A DNA stretch of 64,000 nt from positions 40,226 to 104,225 of the forward strand of contig CAOKVW010000001.1 of NCBI GenBank assembly GCA_948472955.1, given 5' to 3'. The position numbers were made by a program, and so were the translations under genes. Positions 1-8,766 of the stretch are shown here, piece by piece. The first letter of the stretch is position 1, and each line of letters begins with the position of its first letter. A model generated the notes under the pieces. It saw only the letters and a program-made list of their open reading frames with translations. It did not search any database and was not told the origin of the DNA. The stretch comes from an uncultured Clostridium sp. (GTDB lineage Bacteria; Bacillota; Clostridia; TANB77; CAG-508).

Positions 1-7
1 AATTTTG

Positions 8-35
8 TTGACTTTGAAAAAATTATTGATATTAT
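8..35 (+). promoter_or_regulatory. Near-consensus sigma-A-type promoter (TTGACT, 16-nt spacer, TGnTATTAT extended -10) at the window edge, reading into a 1.1-kb non-coding stretch
   Basis: TTGACT at 8-13 and TATTAT at 30-35 with TG at 27-28. No downstream plus-strand ORF. Confidence 0.3.
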
Positions 36-1148
36 GAGACCAGTTTTGAAAAGAGAATAAAAAAATGCCCACGAGGTTCTGGTAAAACCTATTGTGAGCC
101 GTTGAATTGTTTCCAACCAATTTCTAGAATAGCATGACTGTCACCTATTACAATTGTACTTGCAAATACTAGTGTAGTTTCCTCAATATTTTCAAAATAG
201 AAAAGAAGACCTCTCTGAGATATCGCTCTCTGATTGGTCTTCCTTAAGGAAAGTCTATTTATGGTAACAGATAAACTTTTCGTTTATCTGAATTTTTCAA
301 AGTCATTCTACTCTCTACTTATGTTCGTGCATTTCCATCTACTTAATCTATTTTATTTTCTTATCCATAATCAATATCAAAATACTGTATTTATTCAAAA
401 ACAATTGCTTTTTCCTAAATCCCAGTGCGAAATACCTATTGTTGTTAGATTTAGACGTCTGTCTATTACAATCTAATACAAATAAATATTTCATTCTTCT
501 AGAATTTATCTAAAGTTACATCTAATTAACTACTGTATATACCTTGAGCTCCGCTCTCTAGCATACACCGCAATTAATCAAACTTGGCTTCAAATAATTT
601 CTAAAAAAATTTATTTTGATATTTTCATACGAATTACATTCCTATCATTATCATCATAAATTTCAAAGCTGTCATTCTGATTTCATCTTATATTATCCAC
701 CTCCTTGTGTCAAATATAAAAATTCATCAAAACTCCATCCTCAAAACTTACAATAACAACAATATTCCTGCATTCCAATAAAAATAGATTATTTTCGATT
801 TCAATGTTCCGAACTTTCGATTTCGATTTTTTGAAAAAACAACACAAACATCTGTTGTCTTTCTGCTACTTTCGTAGCTTTCCTGTTGCAGTTGACAAGT
901 AACATTTGGAAATTAACTCTCTCTTCCTGCCCGTTTACGCTCAAAGATTCCGCACATGAAAGCACAATTTCCTACTTTTCCCTATTCGCATAAATATCGT
1001 CTTTCGTTCATGAAAAGCTTAACTGTCTGCTTTCCATCCCATTTACGCATTTTACTTCGTTGCCTGATTTGGTTTACCGTTACATGGAAGCCCAAACTAT
1101 CTGCTTCCTTTCCTATTTACGCTTTCGGTTACACGGGATTTATTTCAC

Positions 1149-2213
1149 TTATTTCACTTTTTGTCCTTTTTTCCAACGGGTATAGACATCAATTTTACCA
1201 TATCCACAACCTGTGTCATATACTTTACTTGGTCCTCTACTTGTCATAAGTTTCGTACCATATTTCTTGTACCCTTTATGAGCTGCTACACAGATATAGC
1301 CATCCTTATCTCGAATGGTTCCATCTTCTGCGACATGTCTTCCCGGTATCTTCAATCCTCCACCAGGAAGCTTTAATTCAGAATACCATGTTTCTTTGCT
1401 TCCGTTATACTTCTTTGTTCCCATTATAGGAGTAAGCGGGCTTTTTGTTACATTATATCTTTTACTGTACTGCATCTGCACGCCTTTATAGGAGTGCTTC
1501 GATGCTTCTTCCTCCAGTTTCTTCTCTGCTTCCCTTCGAGCTTTTTCGGCTCTTTGAGCAGCTTTTATCTTTTTTTCTTGTTTTTCCTGCTCTTTTAAAG
1601 CAGTTCTCTCGCTAACTTCTTTCATGTACTGACCACTAACGTAGCCAGTACTACCAGTGGATGATTCCTTCACATGGTACCAACCAGACTTTGTACGTGA
1701 TAAAATCTCACATACACTTCCTTTAGTTAGAACCTTTTTTATCTGATGCTTTACACTTGGTCCTTTTCTAAAGTTGAGCCTCTCACATGTCACCATGCCA
1801 TAACTCTTAACCTCTTCTATCTCTTGTATTAAATCAGTTCTTTCGAGGTCTGTCACCTGTTCAATTTCTTGTGGCTCGGTTTCTTCCCGCCACTTTGTTT
1901 CTAATTTCGGGGCATCATCAATTACCCACCCCATCTCTGTCTCTGCTTTTTCAAAAAATTCAAAAAACGTATTTTTTTCCAAACTGCCTGTTTCAACATC
2001 TGCTAACTGCAGAATTGCTGTCTCAAGCTCTGCCCGAACTTCTTCTTGGACCGCTACCGCAATCCCTGTATCATAATTTTTCGCCATAACTTCCTGTGTT
2101 GGTTTTATTATCCCCAACACCATTCCAACCATTAAAATGGTGGAACAAATTACCTTCTGGGTTCGTCCTATCCGGACCCCCATTACTTTTACTCCAAAAA
2201 TTTTTTTCTCCAT
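1149..2213 (-). CDS. Secreted SH3b plus C-terminal 3D-domain protein (YuiC/YocH-like putative cell-wall-binding lytic-transglycosylase-like protein) with a Lys/Glu-rich coiled-coil linker
   Basis: N-terminal signal/TM. SH3b-like 'GYVSGQYMKE' region. C-terminal 'VAEDG..YDTGCGYGKIDVY' matches the 3D-domain Asp triad. Confidence 0.55.
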   Translation of the reverse strand: MEKKIFGVKVMGVRIGRTQKVICSTILMVGMVLGIIKPTQEVMAKNYDTGIAVAVQEEVRAELETAILQLADVETGSLEKNTFFEFFEKAETEMGWVIDDAPKLETKWREETEPQEIEQVTDLERTDLIQEIEEVKSYGMVTCERLNFRKGPSVKHQIKKVLTKGSVCEILSRTKSGWYHVKESSTGSTGYVSGQYMKEVSERTALKEQEKQEKKIKAAQRAEKARREAEKKLEEEASKHSYKGVQMQYSKRYNVTKSPLTPIMGTKKYNGSKETWYSELKLPGGGLKIPGRHVAEDGTIRDKDGYICVAAHKGYKKYGTKLMTSRGPSKVYDTGCGYGKIDVYTRWKKGQKVK

Positions 2214-2258
2214 AATATATACCTTTCCTTTCTGCCCTACAGGGCTTTTTTAAAATTT

Positions 2259-2287
2259 AAAGTATAGCACACGCAATGCTATACTTT
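2259..2287 (-). terminator. Perfect 10-bp stem hairpin followed by a T-run on the minus strand, downstream of the Rec-GGDEF gene
   Basis: aaagtatagc / gctatacttt inverted repeat. Confidence 0.5.
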
Positions 2288-2335
2288 AATTATACTAGAA
2301 TTTTACATAATAGTCAAACATAAACATTTTACCTT

Positions 2336-3260
2336 TTATTTTCTTCTATCAACAGCATAACTGCTTCCCATAACTGACTTAGCTGCATGTTTCACTTGAG
2401 CTCCCGCTTCTCCAATTTCCAAAATATTGCTAAACCTTCCTACATCAGCTATAACAACTCCTATTGACAAAGAAGTTAACGGGAATTGTTCTATAATCCC
2501 CTTTCTATTAGCCACTTCAATATATCCCCTATCTAAATCATCATCTGTAAAATATCTTCCCACGTTGTGGTCAAAATAAGCTAATATATTCTGGCATAAT
2601 TTATCACAGGAATTTCCAGGAACCAATGCCACAAAATCGTCTCCGTCCGATATGTCCAATAAAAGTATCATCCATTCCACTTTCATGAATACATCGAATG
2701 ATAACCTGTGCCGTAAATTCAATAATCTCGTCTCCTTTTAAAAATCCATATATATCATTATATGCTTTAAAATTATCTAAATCCAGATACAACACACAGA
2801 AAGCTTCCTTTTTTAGGATTCGTTTTTTTAGTTCAGCATGTATTTGTACATTTCCTGGTAATCCTGTTAATGGACTTATTCGCCTATTCGTAGAAAGAAG
2901 TCTACTAAGATTCTTTACCGTATGATACAAATATTTTTCATCCACTGGTTTTTTAATAAAATATTCAATGGATTCATGTAATATTTTTAATCTATGTTCT
3001 CTATCTCCATTAGATGATACAATAATAACTGGTGTTATGGTATTATCCTCATCTTTTCTTATTTTCCTACACAAATCCACAACATCACGGTCGATAGCAT
3101 CTTCATTAATAACAATTAATGATGGTATATTTTTTAAAGCAATATCTATTTGTTCTGTTTTCACACTCGTAAACTTATATTCTGGGTCATTTCTAAATAA
3201 CTCTCTAAAAATAACAATTGATGAATCATCATCATCAATAATATAAACATCTTGCATCAT
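2336..3260 (-). CDS. Response regulator receiver plus GGDEF (diguanylate cyclase-like) protein, interrupted by a single-nt frameshift near 2650. Removing one C restores a GGDDF motif.
   Basis: N-terminal REC domain (DDD...K). 'RISPLTGLPGN' and 'LDLDNFKAYND' GGDEF-domain motifs. The 3' ORF continues the GGDEF domain in a shifted frame. Confidence 0.7.
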
Positions 3261-3310
3261 CTAACTGATTCCTCCCTTTACTTTTCTTCATTATATACAA
3301 AAAGACTTGA

Positions 3311-4126
3311 TTATTTCAAGTCCTTTTGTTTGTTTTTTACTCTTTTTTTTCTAATTTCAATTTTGTGGTTTAAAATTTCTGTAATCTCATTGGTATTAAT
3401 AGCTGGAAAGGCTTTTTTCAAACGAGACACATTTTTATATAAATGCAAAATGATTTTGTTTCTTCTTTTCTTCAATTGTTCCACCATTTGTTGAATATTT
3501 TCCGTTGTCGTAATTTTCTCTTGTTTTTCCTTTTTTAACTTTCTAATTTCTTTTAATTTCTCTTTGATTTCTTTATTAATATTTTCTATTTTTTCTAAGG
3601 TTGTTTTTATATTTTTTACACGAATAATAGATGATATGGTATCCACTATAAAAACCATAAATAAAATAGCCATAATATAATTTAATAAATTAGTATCCAT
3701 TTTTTGTACTATTTCTTGTATAAATGGATGAATATAGATTACAAATAAAACTCCTAAAACTCCCCAATAAATTGAATTTGTTAAACAGATACGTCCTTGA
3801 AAATTAAACTTATGGTTAGAATAATCCCAATATTTTGTATGAAACATTGTTTCCAATAATACTCCTACTAAGTATTCCCAAATTGTTAATATACTAAGAG
3901 CTATAAAAAATAACAGTATGGGTCTATTCTCAAAGCCTTTTAAAAAGACAATCATAATAGCACAGCCAATTCCATATATGGGGCAAAACGGGCCTCTTAA
4001 AAAGCCCGTATTAATTAATTTCCTTTCACAAATAGAGCGAAAAACTGATTCCATAACCCATCCTAAAGATGAATATATAATAAAATATTTTAATAGTTCT
4101 AACATATTCACGTGCATTGTTCTCAT
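3311..4126 (-). CDS. Polytopic membrane protein (DUF1113 / 'putative ABC-transporter type IV'-like N-terminus) with a Lys/Glu-rich coiled-coil C-terminus
   Basis: 4-5 predicted TM helices, a 'GPFCPIYG' motif, and a C-terminal KKEKQEK coiled coil. Confidence 0.4.
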   Translation of the reverse strand: MRTMHVNMLELLKYFIIYSSLGWVMESVFRSICERKLINTGFLRGPFCPIYGIGCAIMIVFLKGFENRPILLFFIALSILTIWEYLVGVLLETMFHTKYWDYSNHKFNFQGRICLTNSIYWGVLGVLFVIYIHPFIQEIVQKMDTNLLNYIMAILFMVFIVDTISSIIRVKNIKTTLEKIENINKEIKEKLKEIRKLKKEKQEKITTTENIQQMVEQLKKRRNKIILHLYKNVSRLKKAFPAINTNEITEILNHKIEIRKKRVKNKQKDLK

Positions 4127-4138
4127 TCCTTAAAATTG

Positions 4139-5086
4139 TTATTTATTAAATCGTGCCTTAAATGTTTCCGTTACATCGCTTTCATTATACACGGTTATCT
4201 CTAATTTGTTTTCTCCATCCTGTAATGGATATTGATATTCAAACTGTTTTCTCTCTTCTAGTGATAATTCAGCTTTTAAGTCTAATCTGAATTTCTGCGT
4301 CTCATTAATAATAAATTCTACCTTTGTAAGACCTTGCTCATCAGAAGCTTTGATGAAAAACGCTAAACCATCTGTTGTTACTTCTAATTTTGGTTTTGTT
4401 ACTCCCTTTACCTCTTGCTCTTTTTTCTCTGTTTTGTTATTCTGGTCAACTACAATTACTGTTAAGGTATGTAGACCTTTTGGTATTTCTATCGTTTGTT
4501 CAATTTGGCTATTATTAATATCTACTTTTGTTTCTTCCTCTTCATCCCATCTGTATGTCATATATTGAAGCTGATTTTTTCCATTGGCTGTTATTTTTAA
4601 ATTATTTCCTTCTGGTTCAATATTGATATTAATATCTCCTTCTACTGTGTATGCTTTCTTATAATCAATTTCTTCTCCATTGATATCACTGGCATAAACA
4701 GTTAGTGTGTTCGTCCCTGTTGGTATCTCAATTCTAGCTTCTATCTCTTTTTTTCCATTAGTTGCTATTTCAGTTGCTCCTTCATCATTCCAATGATAAG
4801 TAATTTTAGTTAATTCTTTATCATGTGATACTTTTAATAATATCTCTGTTTCTGTTGTTTGCTCAACGTAAATAACAGGTTTGCTACCTACTACCTCTTT
4901 TGTCGCTTCTTTGTACATGGAATAAGAACCTGAACTAATCATAAATATACCAAATACTAATAGGGTAATTGAAAAAAATTTTAATATACTTTCGATTTCT
5001 ATTGGTCCTGTGCTTCTTCTTTTCGTTTTCTTTGTTTTTCCTATTTTACTATTATCTACACTTAATATTTGATTCAATATTTTCAC
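4139..5086 (-). CDS. N-terminally membrane-anchored protein with three roughly 85-aa Ig-like repeat domains. Function unknown.
   Basis: Single TM after a basic N-terminus. Three internally repeated beta-rich modules. Confidence 0.5.
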   Translation of the reverse strand: MKILNQILSVDNSKIGKTKKTKRRSTGPIEIESILKFFSITLLVFGIFMISSGSYSMYKEATKEVVGSKPVIYVEQTTETEILLKVSHDKELTKITYHWNDEGATEIATNGKKEIEARIEIPTGTNTLTVYASDINGEEIDYKKAYTVEGDININIEPEGNNLKITANGKNQLQYMTYRWDEEEETKVDINNSQIEQTIEIPKGLHTLTVIVVDQNNKTEKKEQEVKGVTKPKLEVTTDGLAFFIKASDEQGLTKVEFIINETQKFRLDLKAELSLEERKQFEYQYPLQDGENKLEITVYNESDVTETFKARFNK

Positions 5087-5155
5087 CTCTTTAGTCTCTG
5101 CCTTGATTATATCATATGGTTTTGGGGTTGTAAATAATTTTTAAATAGAAAAATA

Positions 5156-5184
5156 GAAAACCGTTGCTATTTCAACGGTTTTCT
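5156..5184 (-). terminator. Rho-independent terminator downstream of rpsR
   Basis: aaaaccgttg...caacggtttt stem followed by a T-run. Confidence 0.6.
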
Positions 5185-5201
5185 TTGTTTATAAATTTAA
5201 T

Positions 5202-5480
5202 TTAATTTTGTGTATATGGTAATACAGCAATATGTCTAGCTCTTTTAACTGCTGTTGTAATATCTCTTTGATGTTTCGCACATGCTCCAGTTGTTCTTCT
5301 TGGTAAAATCTTTCCTTTATCATTGATAAATTTTTTCAATTGTTCTGGATTTTTGTAATCTAACACAAAGTTTTTATCACTACATAAAACACATACTTTT
5401 TTTCTTTGTTTTCTGAATCTTGGATTATAATCCTCATCATAATTTTTGTTATTTCTTTTATTTTGTTTTTTGTCTGCCAT
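5202..5480 (-). CDS. rpsR: 30S ribosomal protein S18
   Basis: '[31 protein letters not shown]' S18 signature. Confidence 0.95.
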   Translation of the reverse strand: MADKKQNKRNNKNYDEDYNPRFRKQRKKVCVLCSDKNFVLDYKNPEQLKKFINDKGKILPRRTTGACAKHQRDITTAVKRARHIAVLPYTQN

Positions 5481-5504
5481 CTTATTATTTCCCCCTTTGG
5501 CTAT

Positions 5505-5942
5505 TTAGAATGGTAGGTCATCACTAGAAGACACTTCAAAATCGGAACCCATGTTGCCAGGTGCTGTATTTCCAAATGTATTTTCAAATGAGCCTGTACC
5601 TGTATCTCCTTCTCTTTTACTATCTGCAAAGTAAGCTTCCTCAGCTACTACCTCTGTTACATAGTGTTTTGTTCCTTGATCATCGTCCCAAGTTCTGGTT
5701 TGTATTCTTCCAATCACGCCTACTTGTTGACCTTTCTTAAAGTATTTGCTGCAAAATTCTCCTAGCTTGCTCCAGGCTACTATATTAATAAAATCTGCTT
5801 GTCTTTCTTCTCCTTGTCTAACAAATCTTCTATTAACTGCTAAACTGAAAGAAGCTACTAGAGTATTGTTCGTTTGTGTGTATCTTACTTCTGGGTCTCT
5901 TGTTAATCTTCCCATTAATATTACTTTGTTCATTTCTATCAC
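5505..5942 (-). CDS. ssb: Single-stranded DNA-binding protein
   Basis: OB-fold N-terminus 'VILMGRLTRDPEVRYT'. Gly-rich tail ending in DDLPF. Confidence 0.95.
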   Translation of the reverse strand: MIEMNKVILMGRLTRDPEVRYTQTNNTLVASFSLAVNRRFVRQGEERQADFINIVAWSKLGEFCSKYFKKGQQVGVIGRIQTRTWDDDQGTKHYVTEVVAEEAYFADSKREGDTGTGSFENTFGNTAPGNMGSDFEVSSSDDLPF

Positions 5943-6005
5943 CTTTCTTTACTTTAAATAAAGGCCCCTCTCTTTATTTAATTTTTCATTATTTTTGCTT
6001 ATTCA

Positions 6006-6299
6006 TTAAGCTTCTTTTCTTACCACGATAAATTTCATGATTTCATCTGTAATTCTATAAACTCTCTCAAGTTCTTTAATAGAATCTGGTTTTGCCTCAA
6101 AGTTGAATAATAAGTATGTACCTTCTTTGCATTTCTTAATTTCATAGGCTAATTTCTTTTTACCCATATTTTCAACTGATTCAACTTTTCCGTTTTCATT
6201 GATTAATCCTGTGAATTTTTCTTCTAAAGCTTTTAAACCAGCTTCGTCTAAATTAGGATTAACAATGATAATACTTTCGTATTGGTTCATTATTTTCAC
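6006..6299 (-). CDS. rpsF: 30S ribosomal protein S6
   Basis: 'YESIIIVNPNLDE...KLAYEIK' S6 signature. In the rpsF-ssb-rpsR operon. Confidence 0.95.
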   Translation of the reverse strand: MKIMNQYESIIIVNPNLDEAGLKALEEKFTGLINENGKVESVENMGKKKLAYEIKKCKEGTYLLFNFEAKPDSIKELERVYRITDEIMKFIVVRKEA

Positions 6300-6366
6300 C
6301 TCCCTTTGGATTGATAACCTACCTAATTTCTTTTTGGTAAGTAGAGATTGTTAAATCTTTCTTCAA

Positions 6367-6394
6367 AAAAGCTATGCTTTTCTAAAGCACAGCT
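6367..6394 (-). terminator. Hairpin plus T-run downstream of ispD
   Basis: agctgtgcttt / aaagcatagct imperfect inverted repeat followed by a T-run on the minus strand. Confidence 0.45.
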
Positions 6395-6400
6395 ATTCTA

Positions 6401-7102
6401 TCACATTTTCTCTTGTTTGGCAAGCTTTCTCATAATCTTTTTCATAATTTCTAAATCTTCATAAGTTGTAATCTTAATATTGGTGTAATCTCCTTCCAAA
6501 ATTTTCACTTTATTCTTATTTTTTTCTAATAACATGCAATCATCTGTCATTTCCTCCTGTTTGCATTTTTCATGCATGTCCAATAGAATCTTTCTTTCAA
6601 AGCATTGGGGCGTTTGAACAATCCATGTATTACTTCTTTGTGTACTTTGTATCACGATATTATTTTCATCTGTTATTTTTATGGTATCTTTTGACGGCAC
6701 TCCTACCGTTGCTCCTTCGAATTCCTTCATACTTTCTATACATTGATTGATATATTCTTGTTTAATCGCTGGTCTTGCTCCATCATGAATTACTACAATA
6801 TCTGCCTCTGTTTTTTGAATACAATGATATACCGTCTCTTGTCTGCTATTTCCCCCTACTATCATATCGATTGGTTTGGTAAATTGCTCTTTTAGAAGGA
6901 TATTTTTGATGATTGGAATTTCCTCTTCTTTTGCTCCTATTATGATATTGTCGATATACCTATTTTTATGGAATTCTTCTAAACTATATAACATAACTGG
7001 CTTTCCCTGTATGTTTTCAAAATTCTTATTTCTATTTTGTCCATATCTCGTACTATTTCCTGCTACCAATATTACGGCTGTTACTGTCTTTTCTTCTACC
7101 AT
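6401..7102 (-). CDS. ispD: 2-C-methyl-D-erythritol 4-phosphate cytidylyltransferase
   Basis: 'AVILVAGNSTRYG' nucleotidyltransferase P-loop and IspD family similarity. Confidence 0.9.
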   Translation of the reverse strand: MVEEKTVTAVILVAGNSTRYGQNRNKNFENIQGKPVMLYSLEEFHKNRYIDNIIIGAKEEEIPIIKNILLKEQFTKPIDMIVGGNSRQETVYHCIQKTEADIVVIHDGARPAIKQEYINQCIESMKEFEGATVGVPSKDTIKITDENNIVIQSTQRSNTWIVQTPQCFERKILLDMHEKCKQEEMTDDCMLLEKNKNKVKILEGDYTNIKITTYEDLEIMKKIMRKLAKQEKM

Positions 7103-7147
7103 GATTTCTCCCTTCTATTCTTAATTACCTTCCTTGCCAAAATTGTA

Positions 7148-8028
7148 ATTATTTTTCAACCCTTGACTCTCTGGATGATTGATAGGAACTACATAGATAA
7201 ACTTGATATTTATTTTTTAAGGCATAATAGGCTGATTTTGCTGTTTTTTTATCTTGAAATATGCCATACACACAGGAACCTGTACCAGTCATTAAGCTAC
7301 CGAAGAGCTCCTTGCTCCGTTAGCTCTTCCTTCAATTTTTGGATGGTGCTTTTTTCTTCTATGACATTTTCAAATACATTATATAAATTATCAGCTATTT
7401 GCTCTAATTGATTTTGTTCATATGCTTGCCTAATTTTTTGACTATTATTAGGTTGGTCGATAGCTTTGTTTTCATCTATTTTTTGAAACATTTCCTTGGT
7501 ATTGCAAGATATTTCTGGTTTAATAATGACTAAATAATATTTTAAATTGGTACAAATTGGGGTTATGATTTCTCCTATTCCTTCTGCTATTATGGCTCCC
7601 TGATAAAAACAAGGAACTACGTCTGCTCCTAAATTTTTGCCAATATTTTCTATCTCTTGTTTTGATAATTTTAAATCAAATAAACGATTCATTCCTATCA
7701 GAAAACTCGCACAATCTGTACTCCCCCCAGCCAAGCCAGCTTGCATTGGAATTTTTTTATTTAATATTACTTTCACACCAGTTATGTTTTTATATTTTTG
7801 TTTTAATGCTACATAGGCTTGATAGATGATATTTTCTTTGTTGTTTAATGTTAGGATATTACTTTGAATTTCTATGTCATCGGTTTCGGTTTTTTGTATA
7901 TATAGTTCATCATATAAATTAATTTTTTGGAAAACAGAGCTTAGATTATGATAGTTATCTTCTCGTTTTCCTACTATTTCTAAATTCAAATTGATTTTTG
8001 CTCTGGCTTTTATATAGATTGATTCCAT
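7148..8028 (-). CDS. ispE: 4-diphosphocytidyl-2-C-methyl-D-erythritol kinase. A frameshift near 7297-7310 places the C-terminal roughly 50 aa in another frame.
   Basis: 'KINLNLEI', 'PMQAGLAGGSTDCASFL' GHMP-kinase motifs. A shifted frame downstream encodes 'SLMTGTGSCVYGIF', the conserved IspE C-terminus. Confidence 0.85.
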
Positions 8029-8087
8029 TTTTTATCCCTTTCCTACAACTCAATCTTAGTTTGAAAAAGAATAGTTATATTGCTAGG

Positions 8088-8150
8088 CAAAATTGGTTCG
8101 AAAGGTAAGGGCGCATACGCGTTGTATGTAACCGCGTTTCGAACCAATTT
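8088..8150 (-). terminator. Strong hairpin (15-bp stem, 33-nt loop with a nested hairpin) between ispF and ispE. Possible internal terminator or attenuator.
   Basis: aaaattggttcgaaa ... tttcgaaccaatttt perfect inverted repeat with an inner catac/gtatg hairpin. Confidence 0.4.
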
Positions 8151-8182
8151 TAACAACGCAAGATGGCTATTATTTTTCAAAC

Positions 8183-8659
8183 TTATTCTACTGTCAAGCA
8201 AACAAACACACTAACTCCATTCCCCTTTCCAAACTCCGTCAATCCCTCTCCTGTGGTTGCTGTTATTCCTACACAATTCTCTTTTATTTCCAAAATACGT
8301 GCTATATTATTTCTCATTTCTTCTATCTTAGGCGTTATTTTAGGTTTTTGGCATTCAATGGAGATAGAAATGTGTACAATTTCTTCTTGTAAATATTTAA
8401 GTGCTTCTTTTACATATTCTTCACTATCTATAATTCCATTTTTACACATATCGTCTGCTACTTTTCCTAATATATTTTTGCAAGTAATGCCTGAAATCGC
8501 ATTGGTAATCGCATGTAATACAACGTCTGCATCACTATTTCCTAATAAGGAATAGTCTTCTTGAAATTCTATGCCTCCTAGTAATAGTCTTTTTTCTTTA
8601 TTTTGATAGTCAATTCTATGACTGTCTTGCCCAATTGCTACTTTCATATTTAATCTCAT
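8183..8659 (-). CDS. ispF: 2-C-methyl-D-erythritol 2,4-cyclodiphosphate synthase
   Basis: 'IGQDSHR', 'GNSDADVVLHAI' IspF signature. Confidence 0.9.
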   Translation of the reverse strand: MRLNMKVAIGQDSHRIDYQNKEKRLLLGGIEFQEDYSLLGNSDADVVLHAITNAISGITCKNILGKVADDMCKNGIIDSEEYVKEALKYLQEEIVHISISIECQKPKITPKIEEMRNNIARILEIKENCVGITATTGEGLTEFGKGNGVSVFVCLTVE

Positions 8660-8711
8660 TCCTTTCTATGTGCTTATTTTATCACTTTTTTTTTTTTATT
8701 GCAATATTTCA

Positions 8712-8752
8712 AAAAGAGTAACGTCAAAACAAAGTTTGAAATCGTTACTCTA
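8712..8752 (-). terminator. Hairpin plus T-run downstream of the pilin-like surface protein gene
   Basis: agagtaacg / cgttactct stem followed by TTTTT on the minus strand. Confidence 0.5.
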
Positions 8753-8766
8753 TTACAAAATTATAT

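Noticed and set aside
923-1122. Possible degenerate CRISPR array (four related about 20-bp direct repeats)
   Set aside because: The repeats are only about 70-80% similar to each other, spacing is irregular (50, 58, 74 bp), and there are no cas genes. This does not fit CRISPR architecture.
956-1376. ORFs 956-1249(+) and 1161-1376(+) in the ORF track
   Set aside because: They have low-complexity, Phe/Leu-rich translations, no RBS, and overlap the SH3b/3D gene 3' end antisense. These are typical spurious ORFs of AT-rich DNA.
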